From a virus: 64,000 bases of DNA. Location of the stretch: IMG/VR virus record IMGVR_UViG_3300045594_000630; one strand, given 5' to 3'. This document shows positions 7,533-14,793 of this stretch, in pieces. A program made the position numbers and the translations under genes. Every line of letters starts with the position of its first letter. The stretch's first letter is position 1. A model generated the notes under the pieces. It saw only the letters and a program-made list of their open reading frames with translations. It had not been told where the DNA came from and ran no database searches.

Positions 7533-7615
7533 GGTGCGTTGGCAGAACGGCGAATGCAGTCGATCATACAGATCGGCATCTTCGGGATACGGGGGTTCGA
7601 GTCCCTCACGCACCG
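7533..7615 (+). pseudogene. Tyr-body tRNA-like gene with extended anticodon arm and G73
   Basis: Paralog of 5905-5984; arm gtcgatc-ataca-gatcggc. Confidence 0.6.
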
Positions 7616-7617
7616 CA

Positions 7618-7690
7618 TCGTCCGTGGCGTAAATGGTAGCGCAGCGGTCTCCAAAACCGCAGATTGCAGGTTCGAGTCCTGTCGGGCGTG
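7618..7690 (+). tRNA. tRNA-Trp(CCA)
   Basis: gcggt-ctCCAaa-accgc; G73. Confidence 0.9.
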
Positions 7691-7724
7691 CTATGACTGC
7701 AACCTGTAAAAAGGGTAGTCGTAT

Positions 7725-7796
7725 GCCGGTATAGCACAATGGTCAATGCTTCTGCTTAGTAAACAGATGATGATGGTTCGATTCCATCTATCGGCT
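7725..7796 (+). tRNA. tRNA-Thr(AGT)
   Basis: tctgc-ttAGTaa-acaga (C31-A39 mismatch). Confidence 0.82.
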
Positions 7797-7797
7797 C

Positions 7798-7871
7798 GTT
7801 CGCGTGGCGCAGTTGGTTAGCGCGCTTCCATGACACGGAAGAGGTCGCCTGTTCGAGTCAGGCCGTGAGCA
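7798..7871 (+). tRNA. tRNA-Val(GAC)
   Basis: cttcc-atGACac-ggaag. Confidence 0.92.
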
Positions 7872-7872
7872 C

Positions 7873-7945
7873 GCCTCCATAGCTCAGATGGTAGAGCGGC
7901 TCTCTCGTAAAGAGCAGGTCTCCGGTCCGATTCCGGATGGTGGCT
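7873..7945 (+). tRNA. tRNA-Thr(CGT), C55
   Basis: gctct-ctCGTaa-agagc. Confidence 0.9.
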
Positions 7946-7975
7946 CTAGTGGAACAGATCTGTATCCACGATCAT

Positions 7976-8047
7976 GCGGGTATCGTACATCGGTAAGTAC
8001 ATCTTTCTGATGAGAAGAAAAGCGGAGTTCGACTCTCTGTACCCGTA
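7976..8047 (+). tRNA. tRNA-Ile(GAT), Gly-like body
   Basis: tcttt-ctGATga-gaaga; A73. Confidence 0.75.
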
Positions 8048-8071
8048 CTGGTGACAGACTGCTGTCATCAT

Positions 8072-8144
8072 GGGGACGTAACTCAATTGGTAGAGTGCTT
8101 CCCTTGCAAGGAAGATGTAGCGAGTTCGAATCTCGTCGCCTCCA
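8072..8144 (+). tRNA. tRNA-Ala(TGC)
   Basis: cttcc-ctTGCaa-ggaag; G3-U70. Confidence 0.92.
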
Positions 8145-8267
8145 CGGCGCCCGTTCAACGGGCTATGTCATTAGAAGCGTTCTAACGCGCATTAGACGTG
8201 AGACCATCATGAAGATGAGTGTTCATTCATCTTCATGGTTATCTCGCTTAGAACGCAATCTAAGCAT

Positions 8268-8339
8268 CCGGATGTAGTACAACGGTTAGTATAATTGTCT
8301 GATACACAATTGACGATAGTTCAACTCTATCCATCCGGA
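8268..8339 (+). tRNA. tRNA-Ile(GAT)
   Basis: attgt-ctGATac-acaat. Confidence 0.88.
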
Positions 8340-8406
8340 CTATGGATCCATATGATGTGGACATGTGAGCAAGCATTGAGCCCGTCATGATGGATCCATT
8401 CTGCAT

Positions 8407-8480
8407 CGCTGCGTAGCTCAGTTGGTGAGAGCGTTCGACCCATAATCGAGAGGTCGGTGGTTCGAGTCCACCCGTAGTGA
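8407..8480 (+). tRNA. tRNA-Met or Ile2 (CAT), C33
   Basis: ttcga-ccCATaa-tcgag; positions 1-72 paired. Confidence 0.82.
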
Positions 8481-8601
8481 CGATCCTGTTAGCATGACGA
8501 CTGGTCATCTCATGCTGATGGGGTAAGAATGAGAGCAGCGTTGGATTGACCGATCCGCGTGGATTTGCGTCCGTTAGTGGCGTGATCCCCCATTCGATTA
8601 T

Positions 8602-8674
8602 GGTCCTATGGAGCAACGGTCACCTCGTCTGATTCTCAGTCAGAAGATTCCGGGTTCGATTCCCGGTGGGACTA
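8602..8674 (+). tRNA. tRNA-Glu(CTC)
   Basis: tctga-ttCTCag-tcaga. Confidence 0.92.
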
Positions 8675-8892
8675 CGCAGCATTGAGTACATGTCCGGTTC
8701 AATGGGCACATCCAAATAGTCTCTCAGGATCAATGTGAGGATGGGTCAGATCATGATGGAAGTCCTGTAGATCGTGGTCATCATGCTGCACGCAACATAC
8801 GGGTCTAGCGGTCCCGTCGGTGATCATTGCGAGCATTACAGCGCATCGTGCTCGCATGATCTTACAGATCCTCCGTCAATGGATCTTATTAT

Positions 8893-8964
8893 GGCCTTGA
8901 GGTCCTCCGGTTGGACGCCTGCCTGTCGAGCAGGTTGCAGCGGGTTCGATTCCCGTCATGGTCG
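8893..8964 (+). tRNA. tRNA-Asp(GTC) copy 2
   Basis: Near duplicate of 5588-5659; one acceptor mismatch. Confidence 0.85.
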
Positions 8965-8965
8965 C

Positions 8966-9036
8966 CGTGGTGTGGCCGAATGGTTAGGCGGCGGTCTGCA
9001 AAACCGTATAAGTCAGTTCGATTCTGATCACCACGT
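8966..9036 (+). tRNA. tRNA-Cys(GCA)
   Basis: gcggt-ctGCAaa-accgt; U73. Confidence 0.92.
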
Positions 9037-9039
9037 CTT

Positions 9040-9353
9040 GAGTTCCGCTTGACGTCGCGCGTCTAACAGGCGTGAGGAAATTCGGGGCATCATAGGGCAG
9101 GGGTGTGGATTAGACCACCGATCGTGAGATCAGCGATAGCGCCGCAGAGACCATACCGCCGATGGATCCATACGGGTCACAGGCAAGGGTGAAAAGCGTG
9201 AGGTAAGAGCTCACGGGATAATCTTCGCGAGGAGATCCTTGGCAAGCCGACCCTGATGAAACCACAAGTCGTGCTGGGCGGCCCGTCCAATAGCACAGGT
9301 AGCGGGATCAGATGGATGGCGTCTTAGACAGAACTCCGGTTACGGTGGAACTC
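9040..9353 (+). ncRNA. rnpB: RNase P RNA (bacterial type A-like, compact)
   Basis: P1 gagttccgc/gtggaactc; CR-I gaggaaattcgggg; agcgccgcagaga; accgccgatgg; aagggtgaaaag-ggtaagagc; CR-V acagaactccggtta. Confidence 0.9.
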
Positions 9354-9378
9354 ATGAACGATCTGCTCGACACTCCGG

Positions 9379-9407
9379 TTGTCAAGATGCTCGATCAGTG
9401 ATATGAT
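9379..9407 (+). promoter_or_regulatory. internal sigma70-type promoter of the array
   Basis: TTGTCA-17 nt-TATGAT with extended TG. Confidence 0.55.
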
Positions 9408-9488
9408 GGATCATGTTGTTCCTGATGACAACAGAAGCTTGATAACAGGATAGTGATTGACCCGATGAAGTCAGTAAACTCATCATAT

Positions 9489-9562
9489 GCCCGCATAGCC
9501 CAATGGACTAGAGCGCCAGTTTCCTAAACTGTAGGTTGTCGGTTCGAATCCGACTGTGGGCA
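9489..9562 (+). tRNA. tRNA-Arg(CCT)
   Basis: ccagt-ttCCTaa-actgt. Confidence 0.9.
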
Positions 9563-9735
9563 CTTGGACACTCCGGTGAAGCTATCCTCATGTGAAGACG
9601 TAGGGGCTTGACAGGGGCTGGTGGAGTGGACAATCGTGTAGGCAATGCGGTTAAGCGTCGTCAATGGTCGCAAAGTAGGCGGAAGCGTTGACAAGCATGC
9701 CGATCCCAGCAGGATGGCGCCATCTTGCTGGTTAC

Positions 9736-9809
9736 GCCTCGGTAGTCTAATGGATCAAAACGCCACTCCTCTAAAGTGGATAGTATGGGTTCGAATCCCA
9801 TTCGAGGCA
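9736..9809 (+). tRNA. tRNA-Arg(TCT), C33
   Basis: ccact-ccTCTaa-agtgg. Confidence 0.85.
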
Positions 9810-9810
9810 C

Positions 9811-9885
9811 GTGGACTATGGCTCAATGGTAGAGCGACGGATTGTGGCTCCGTAGGTGCGGGTTCGATTCCCGCTAGCCCAACCA
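9811..9885 (+). tRNA. tRNA-His(GTG) with G-1, A73 and encoded CCA
   Basis: acgga-ttGTGgc-tccgt. Confidence 0.88.
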
Positions 9886-9926
9886 CCGATGAGAATGTCA
9901 ACAGATGTTGACAAGAATCATCGTAT

Positions 9927-10001
9927 GGCCCCGCGGTGTGCTTGGTCTGCGCATACGTGACTTTCAATCACATGGTGACGGTTCGAGTCCGTCCGGGGCT
10001 A
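9927..10001 (+). tRNA. tRNA-Glu(TTC)
   Basis: cgtga-ctTTCaa-tcaca. Confidence 0.85.
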
Positions 10002-10030
10002 CCCTCCATGAGACATGGATGAACGATCTT

Positions 10031-10101
10031 GCCCCATTGTCGCCGGTTGCGCAACGATATCTTATAAACATTGTAAGAGGGTTCAACTCCTTCATGGGGT
10101 A
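10031..10101 (+). tRNA. tRNA-Ile(TAT), atypical D arm
   Basis: gatat-ctTATaa-acatt; acceptor gccccat/atggggt; A73. Confidence 0.6.
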
Positions 10102-10266
10102 CTTGTCGGGGAATGGCATAGTCTCCAGCGCACGTCATCCTAGGTGGCGTGGTCAACTGGCGGCAAGCGCCAGCAGATCTGATCTGTCGCTTCCCGTAAG
10201 AACAGCTCCTCTCCCCGACCACATCGTGATATCTTGTACACGACATTGGTATCATGGTGCTTGCAT

Positions 10267-10337
10267 GCGGATGTAGCCCAATGGTAAGGCGTCAGTCTTC
10301 CAAACTGATTACGCGGGTCCGATTCCCGTCATCCGCT
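10267..10337 (+). tRNA. tRNA-Gly(TCC), C55
   Basis: tcagt-ctTCCaa-actga; U73. Confidence 0.9.
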
Positions 10338-10493
10338 CTGAAGGCCAACAGCTCCTGGACTAGCGATCCGAGAGTTGCATAAACGGTGTGGTAGTCTGTT
10401 GGCCTGTAACACGCGCTGCGTCTCATGTGCCGGCAAGCGCCGTCACGCAGGCTATATCGGACACTCACGTGGTGAGACAGGGTGTCCACCAAT

Positions 10494-10566
10494 GCGGACA
10501 TGGTCTAGCTGGTAAGACGCGACCTTCCCAAGGTTGAGATCGCGGGTTCGAGCCCCGTTGTCCGCT
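10494..10566 (+). tRNA. tRNA-Gly(CCC)
   Basis: cgacc-ttCCCaa-ggttg. Confidence 0.92.
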
Positions 10567-10693
10567 CGATCGTCATTGCGGTAATGGCTGGCCGGGCAGT
10601 AATGGCGTTGATACCCGGAACTGCGCTCCTTGTGGATTCGATTGTATCCACGCAGGGTTAGGCGATCACGATGGAGCTTGTCGCCGCCATTAT

Positions 10694-10766
10694 GCTTCCG
10701 TAGCTCAGATGGCAGAGCGCCTCGGTCACATCGAGGATGTCGATGGTTCAAGTCCATTCGGAAGCA
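10694..10766 (+). tRNA. tRNA-Val(CAC)
   Basis: cctcg-gtCACat-cgagg. Confidence 0.92.
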
Positions 10767-10767
10767 C

Positions 10768-10844
10768 TGCGGGGTCGAGTAGCAATTCGGTAGCTCTCGT
10801 GGCTCATACCCACGGTGTTGCAGGTTCAAATCCTGCCCCCGCTA
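10768..10844 (+). tRNA. initiator-like tRNA-fMet(CAT)
   Basis: cgtgg-ctCATac-ccacg; U1-U72 mismatch; only two of the three G-C pairs. Confidence 0.8.
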
Positions 10845-10885
10845 CTAAGATCTGCGCTCATGAACGCAGATCTGCATGCAGTCTT

Positions 10886-10961
10886 GCTCCTGTAGCCCAG
10901 TCCGGCCCAAGGCGTCTGCCTTACACGCAGAAGATCCATGGTTCGAATCCATGTGGGAGCA
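10886..10961 (+). tRNA. tRNA-Val(TAC)
   Basis: tctgc-ctTACac-gcaga. Confidence 0.92.
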
Positions 10962-11105
10962 CGGCGGAACCTACTTGCAAGAGTCATCGTGCTGATAGTT
11001 CCCGAACGGGAGTAAGACGAGTGCAGGGAATGCCCTGGACTCGTCGAGAATTCAATGGTCGACTGGTTCCTTTCGCAATGCTGGCATTCAAGCATTGCAC
11101 TCAAT

Positions 11106-11178
11106 GCGGACATAGCTTAGTTGGTAAAGCGCGACCTTGCCAAGGTCGAGACCGCGGGTTCAAGTCCCGTTGTCCGCT
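11106..11178 (+). tRNA. tRNA-Gly(GCC)
   Basis: cgacc-ttGCCaa-ggtcg. Confidence 0.95.
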
Positions 11179-11182
11179 CTTC

Positions 11183-11255
11183 GCCTTGTTAGCTCAGATG
11201 GTAGAGCGGCCGCCTTGTAAGCGGCAGGTCTCCGGTTCAAGCCCGGAACATGGCT
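11183..11255 (+). tRNA. tRNA-Thr(TGT)
   Basis: gccgc-ctTGTaa-gcggc. Confidence 0.93.
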
Positions 11256-11256
11256 C

Positions 11257-11341
11257 GGATGATTCGCATAGTGGTCGAGTGCACTTGTCTAGAAAACAAG
11301 AGTGGGTCACACCGCCGGGGGTTCGAATCCCTCATCATCCG
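11257..11341 (+). tRNA. tRNA-Ser(AGA)
   Basis: cttgt-ctAGAaa-acaag; near duplicate of Ser(TGA) at 2927. Confidence 0.88.
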
Positions 11342-11518
11342 CTATTGATGATGGATAGATCGGTCTTCAACGATCTTATCAGCAGTCAAGAAACATGATA
11401 GCAGGGATTGAAGATACTTGCTGTCATGGATCGTGGTGGACACGCCCTGGTGCATAGCCAGGAACACGATCTAGTCAGGGTGGCTCCATGCCATCACTGA
11501 CAGCGCCATGATCATTAT

Positions 11519-11602
11519 GGATGGTAGGCTGAGCGGTTAAAGCGCCTCACTGCTAATGAGGTTCGGGTAACACCGTGGCGGGTTCGACTCCCGCATCATC
11601 CG
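11519..11602 (+). tRNA. tRNA-Ser(GCT) copy 2
   Basis: cctca-ctGCTaa-tgagg. Confidence 0.92.
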
Positions 11603-11857
11603 CAAGATCATGCCGGCAGTGATGTGGACATGATCCCTCCGCCGCAGGGGAACTGGGGAGCCGTGTGGGATCCCCGACTGCGGTCATGTCGGCTCTGCCC
11701 ACAGACTGCCGGCATCGTGGAGATCCCTGGTCGCGCAGGTCAAGACGCGCCGTGGAGGCTGGCCGTGCTCCACGATCATCAAAAACCAGGCGGATATGCT
11801 AAACAGAGCTAATAGGAATCTGGGAACCATGCTGTCTGCATGTGAGACAGCATGTAT

Positions 11858-11943
11858 GGAGAGTGTGATCTATTGGTAAGGTCGACCCGCTTCGAATACG
11901 GGCGCCGGTAATACGGTTAGGGGTTCGATTCCCTTACTCTCCG
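11858..11943 (+). tRNA. tRNA-Ser(CGA)
   Basis: cccgc-ttCGAat-acggg; long variable arm; G73. Confidence 0.85.
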
Positions 11944-11958
11944 CAATCATTGTCACGG

Positions 11959-12888
11959 TCATACCATCGTCGGTATGAAACCGATCTGGAAGATCTGCTG
12001 TCGTCCTCCCATGTTCAATATGACAGCTCTCCCCCTTGGCCTAGCCGGGAGATCATACCTCGGGTTCTCCGAGAACAAATCCCTGAATGCTTTCCAATTC
12101 TGATGTCCGCAATAGATCTTCGTCATAGAGTTCGATACGATCTCACGACCAGAAGTACTGATCGTATCAAGATAGCCAGTGATCATGAAGACATAGATGC
12201 CGGCGCTCCTGCACAGCCTGACCAGATAGTTGATAGTGTCAGTCATGAGCGAGATCTTCTCTGCCGCATGGACAGTTCCCATTCTAGACGGGCTCAGCGT
12301 GGAGACCCCTCCGAGCAGCCAGTCAGCTGGATCAATAATGATCCATTCAGTCTTCCTCGACGATAAGATCTTCTCCTCGCCCTCAGCGTCACCAACCGTG
12401 TTAGCAAGCTGCTTGTACGTGTCATTCATCTCAACCCTCAGACGAGTGATGAGATCATACGCCTCATCTATGCTCCGGGCCACACGGTCACCTTGACGAA
12501 GATTCTTCTGGACTCCATTAAGATCAATGACGTTCAGTCTGATCCCATCATGACGGAGTCCGTGCTCGATGATCGTCCTCATAAGAACGGTCTTACCGCT
12601 TCCTGTTCCTCCGGATACGATCACACTGGGATTCTTGTTAAGATCGAGGATCACATCCTTACCGCCCTCTCCAGCACCTATGCGGACAGTTGAGCGCGGA
12701 TCGTCATCATCGTTCCTGGAGTCGGTATCGATCGGCTTGTATATGAGCTCGTTGGGGAGATCGGGGTCTGGAGCACTGACCCCAAGTTGCTTCAGATTGG
12801 AGTCAAGGGTCTTCCATGTCGGGGTTCCCGGATTCACCGTGACGAGGAACGGCTTGCCGTTAAGCGCTTCATCCCTACTTGACAACAA
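11959..12888 (-). CDS. FtsK/SpoIIIE-like P-loop ATPase
   Basis: VILDLNKNPSVIVSGGTGSGKT Walker A; LVRLCRSAGI motif; start uncertain. Confidence 0.75.
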   Translation of the reverse strand: MLSSRDEALNGKPFLVTVNPGTPTWKTLDSNLKQLGVSAPDPDLPNELIYKPIDTDSRNDDDDPRSTVRIGAGEGGKDVILDLNKNPSVIVSGGTGSGKTVLMRTIIEHGLRHDGIRLNVIDLNGVQKNLRQGDRVARSIDEAYDLITRLRVEMNDTYKQLANTVGDAEGEEKILSSRKTEWIIIDPADWLLGGVSTLSPSRMGTVHAAEKISLMTDTINYLVRLCRSAGIYVFMITGYLDTISTSGREIVSNSMTKIYCGHQNWKAFRDLFSENPRYDLPARPRGRAVILNMGGRQQIFQIGFIPTMV

Positions 12889-12959
12889 TATGGATCCATC
12901 AGATCTGTAATCATACTGAATGTTAAGATCATTAGTCGTTTTCTTATTCCTTATTCCAT

Positions 12960-14714
12960 TGTAAACGTTAGATACCTGTTTTTCTTGTTATTTATGTTAC
13001 CGTCGTGATAATGATTAACGAGTTGCCTTTATAATGATCTTGAATGGTATAATATTCATTATCATAGTCAAGGGGTGAATAACCGTGAGGAAGAGCAAGA
13101 TCATCAGCATGGCGCTGAGCCTTAACCTGAGCGATGCTATCATTACCCCGTCACCCGGGAAGCGGCAGCCAAGCGTTACGGAATGGCCACCTTACATCAT
13201 GAGCACCCTACAGACTCAGACGAGGGATCAGAATAAGATCATAAGGCTTAACAAGGGCTTGGATCCTGATGACATGACTACTGGTCTCAAGTACTCGGAT
13301 CCCCTCATCCGCAAGAACATGATCATCCCGTCCAGCGTCAAGGAGAGCAGGGCGAGCGCATGGTTGAACACGGCATGGAGTCTGATTAACGACCAGTTAG
13401 AGTCATGGCGCTTACTCGCTCCATGGGCTCAACGATCCAGGCTCTTTGACGAAATCCGCGAGGGACCGAGCCTCGGGTTCAAGGACTTCAGGAGGAAGCA
13501 CGGGTACGAGTACCTGGACTACCAGCTCTGGTCTAACGTGCAGAGAATGAAGAGTAAGCCAGGACTCCCCGTCGTGAAGTCAGCGAGAATCTCGTACTCC
13601 AAGATGGGAGTACAGTGCTCCGGGGCGCCATGGTACGATAGTAAGACTGGAGTCTTGCACTGGGAATGCGTGAACATCGGTCAAGCGCGCCTAGACTTCT
13701 CATGGCACGCTCCGTGGATTCGTGCACGATACCCTCGCAGGTCCCTTCAGACCGGACGGATCAGCCGAGGAACGGTCCAGGCCGTACCCATGACTAGCCA
13801 CTCATTCAGCGTGGGGTACGGGGAGGACGCGAGCGGTAAGATCCGTGCTAGCATCTCTCGTGAGAATAACCGAGTAACATTCAGCCCGGCGACGGATGAC
13901 GTACGATTCACCTTCACGATTAAGGCTACTCGGCCATCGATACGCAAGCGTGTTAAGGCGGTTGCCGGGTTTGATATCGGGATGGAGTCGCACGCGGTGA
14001 TAGCCGGCCGGCGCGTGAGCCTGAACGGCGGAACGAGCAGGCCGCTCACGCTGAGCCGGGAGGGATTATCCCTCCAGCGTCACATCATCTCGCTCCAGCT
14101 AAAAGAACGGGAGGCTCTCGCGAAGCTCTCGAGGATCATGCAGGATCATGAGCCTGTGGCGAACCCGAGGCTCGTGGAGGGTGCTATCCATCTTCACGAG
14201 AAGCTGGAGGCGCTGAAGGCCGCGATGGACTGGGTCGCCGCGGACTCAGCCGTGAAGCACTGCCGTCCGGGTGACGTGCTCGTAATGGAGGAGCTCTCAT
14301 GGTCTGGCGGTGGCGCGGTGAAGTTCCGTCACGGCCGGCAGCAGGCTCGTGTCCAGCACCTCGCCGCTAGGCGCGGTTTCAGGATGGTTAGGGTGAACCC
14401 TGCCGGATCTAGTCACGAGTGTCCATCATGCCACGCCGCGTACGATGCGGATCCGAGGAGTCACGCCTTCAAGTGCAGCTCTTGCGGGTACGCGGGGGAT
14501 AAGGATGACGCGGCCGGTTTTATCATCGCACTCCGCGGCTTGGAGAAGCTCCGCAAGAATAACAATTACGGGTTGAGCGCCGTGGTACAGACGGTCCGCT
14601 CTCGTCGTCCAAGAGGCGACGGTTATGCCCATGCTAGTAACCAGGGTCACCGCGAACGAGCATGCTCGGTAACGGCGGCGGGTCTAACCAAGAATAACGG
14701 TTACTAGCAACTGT
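12960..14714 (+). mobile_element. non-autonomous tnpB-only element, copy 1 (IS200/605/607 superfamily)
   Basis: Homology with copy 2 runs from TGTAAAC to AACTGT; no tnpA; omega-RNA overlaps the last ~46 codons. Confidence 0.85.
13085..14707 (+). CDS. tnpB: TnpB RNA-guided endonuclease, 540 aa
   Basis: RuvC FDIG / VMEEL / DKDDAA; CPSC-CSSC zinc finger. Confidence 0.85.
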   Translation: MRKSKIISMALSLNLSDAIITPSPGKRQPSVTEWPPYIMSTLQTQTRDQNKIIRLNKGLDPDDMTTGLKYSDPLIRKNMIIPSSVKESRASAWLNTAWSLINDQLESWRLLAPWAQRSRLFDEIREGPSLGFKDFRRKHGYEYLDYQLWSNVQRMKSKPGLPVVKSARISYSKMGVQCSGAPWYDSKTGVLHWECVNIGQARLDFSWHAPWIRARYPRRSLQTGRISRGTVQAVPMTSHSFSVGYGEDASGKIRASISRENNRVTFSPATDDVRFTFTIKATRPSIRKRVKAVAGFDIGMESHAVIAGRRVSLNGGTSRPLTLSREGLSLQRHIISLQLKEREALAKLSRIMQDHEPVANPRLVEGAIHLHEKLEALKAAMDWVAADSAVKHCRPGDVLVMEELSWSGGGAVKFRHGRQQARVQHLAARRGFRMVRVNPAGSSHECPSCHAAYDADPRSHAFKCSSCGYAGDKDDAAGFIIALRGLEKLRKNNNYGLSAVVQTVRSRRPRGDGYAHASNQGHRERACSVTAAGLTKNNGY

Positions 14715-14793
14715 CATTGTGATAGCCTTATGATCATACGATGGTAAGATATGTCTTCAACGGGAATGATCTTGTCATGGCGTGACGTTATAA

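Larger units (their letters stand above)
1683..11943 (+). other. tRNA/ncRNA array (about 50 tRNAs, all plus strand)
   Basis: Cloverleaves read by hand; all 20 amino acids represented; CCA is encoded only for His. Confidence 0.95.

Noticed and set aside
6428-11447. Shared 14-mer ggtggacacgccct followed by a hairpin at 6428 and 11435
   Set aside because: Only two short copies; may be a leftover of local duplication; too little to call
1500-11950. Many 60-230 aa ORFs in the ORF track across the array, e.g. 10709-11398
   Set aside because: They overlap tRNAs, lack SD or motif support, and are shadows of GC-rich structured RNA
11959-12959. Idea that tnpB copy 1 truncated the FtsK-like gene
   Set aside because: The frame is open up to the insertion, but the reconstructed empty site hits a stop a few codons further with no start; unresolved
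12960-14714. IStron (group I intron) interpretation of the tnpB elements
   Set aside because: Only about 125 nt precede tnpB, with no group I core, and copy 2 is antisense to the gene it interrupts
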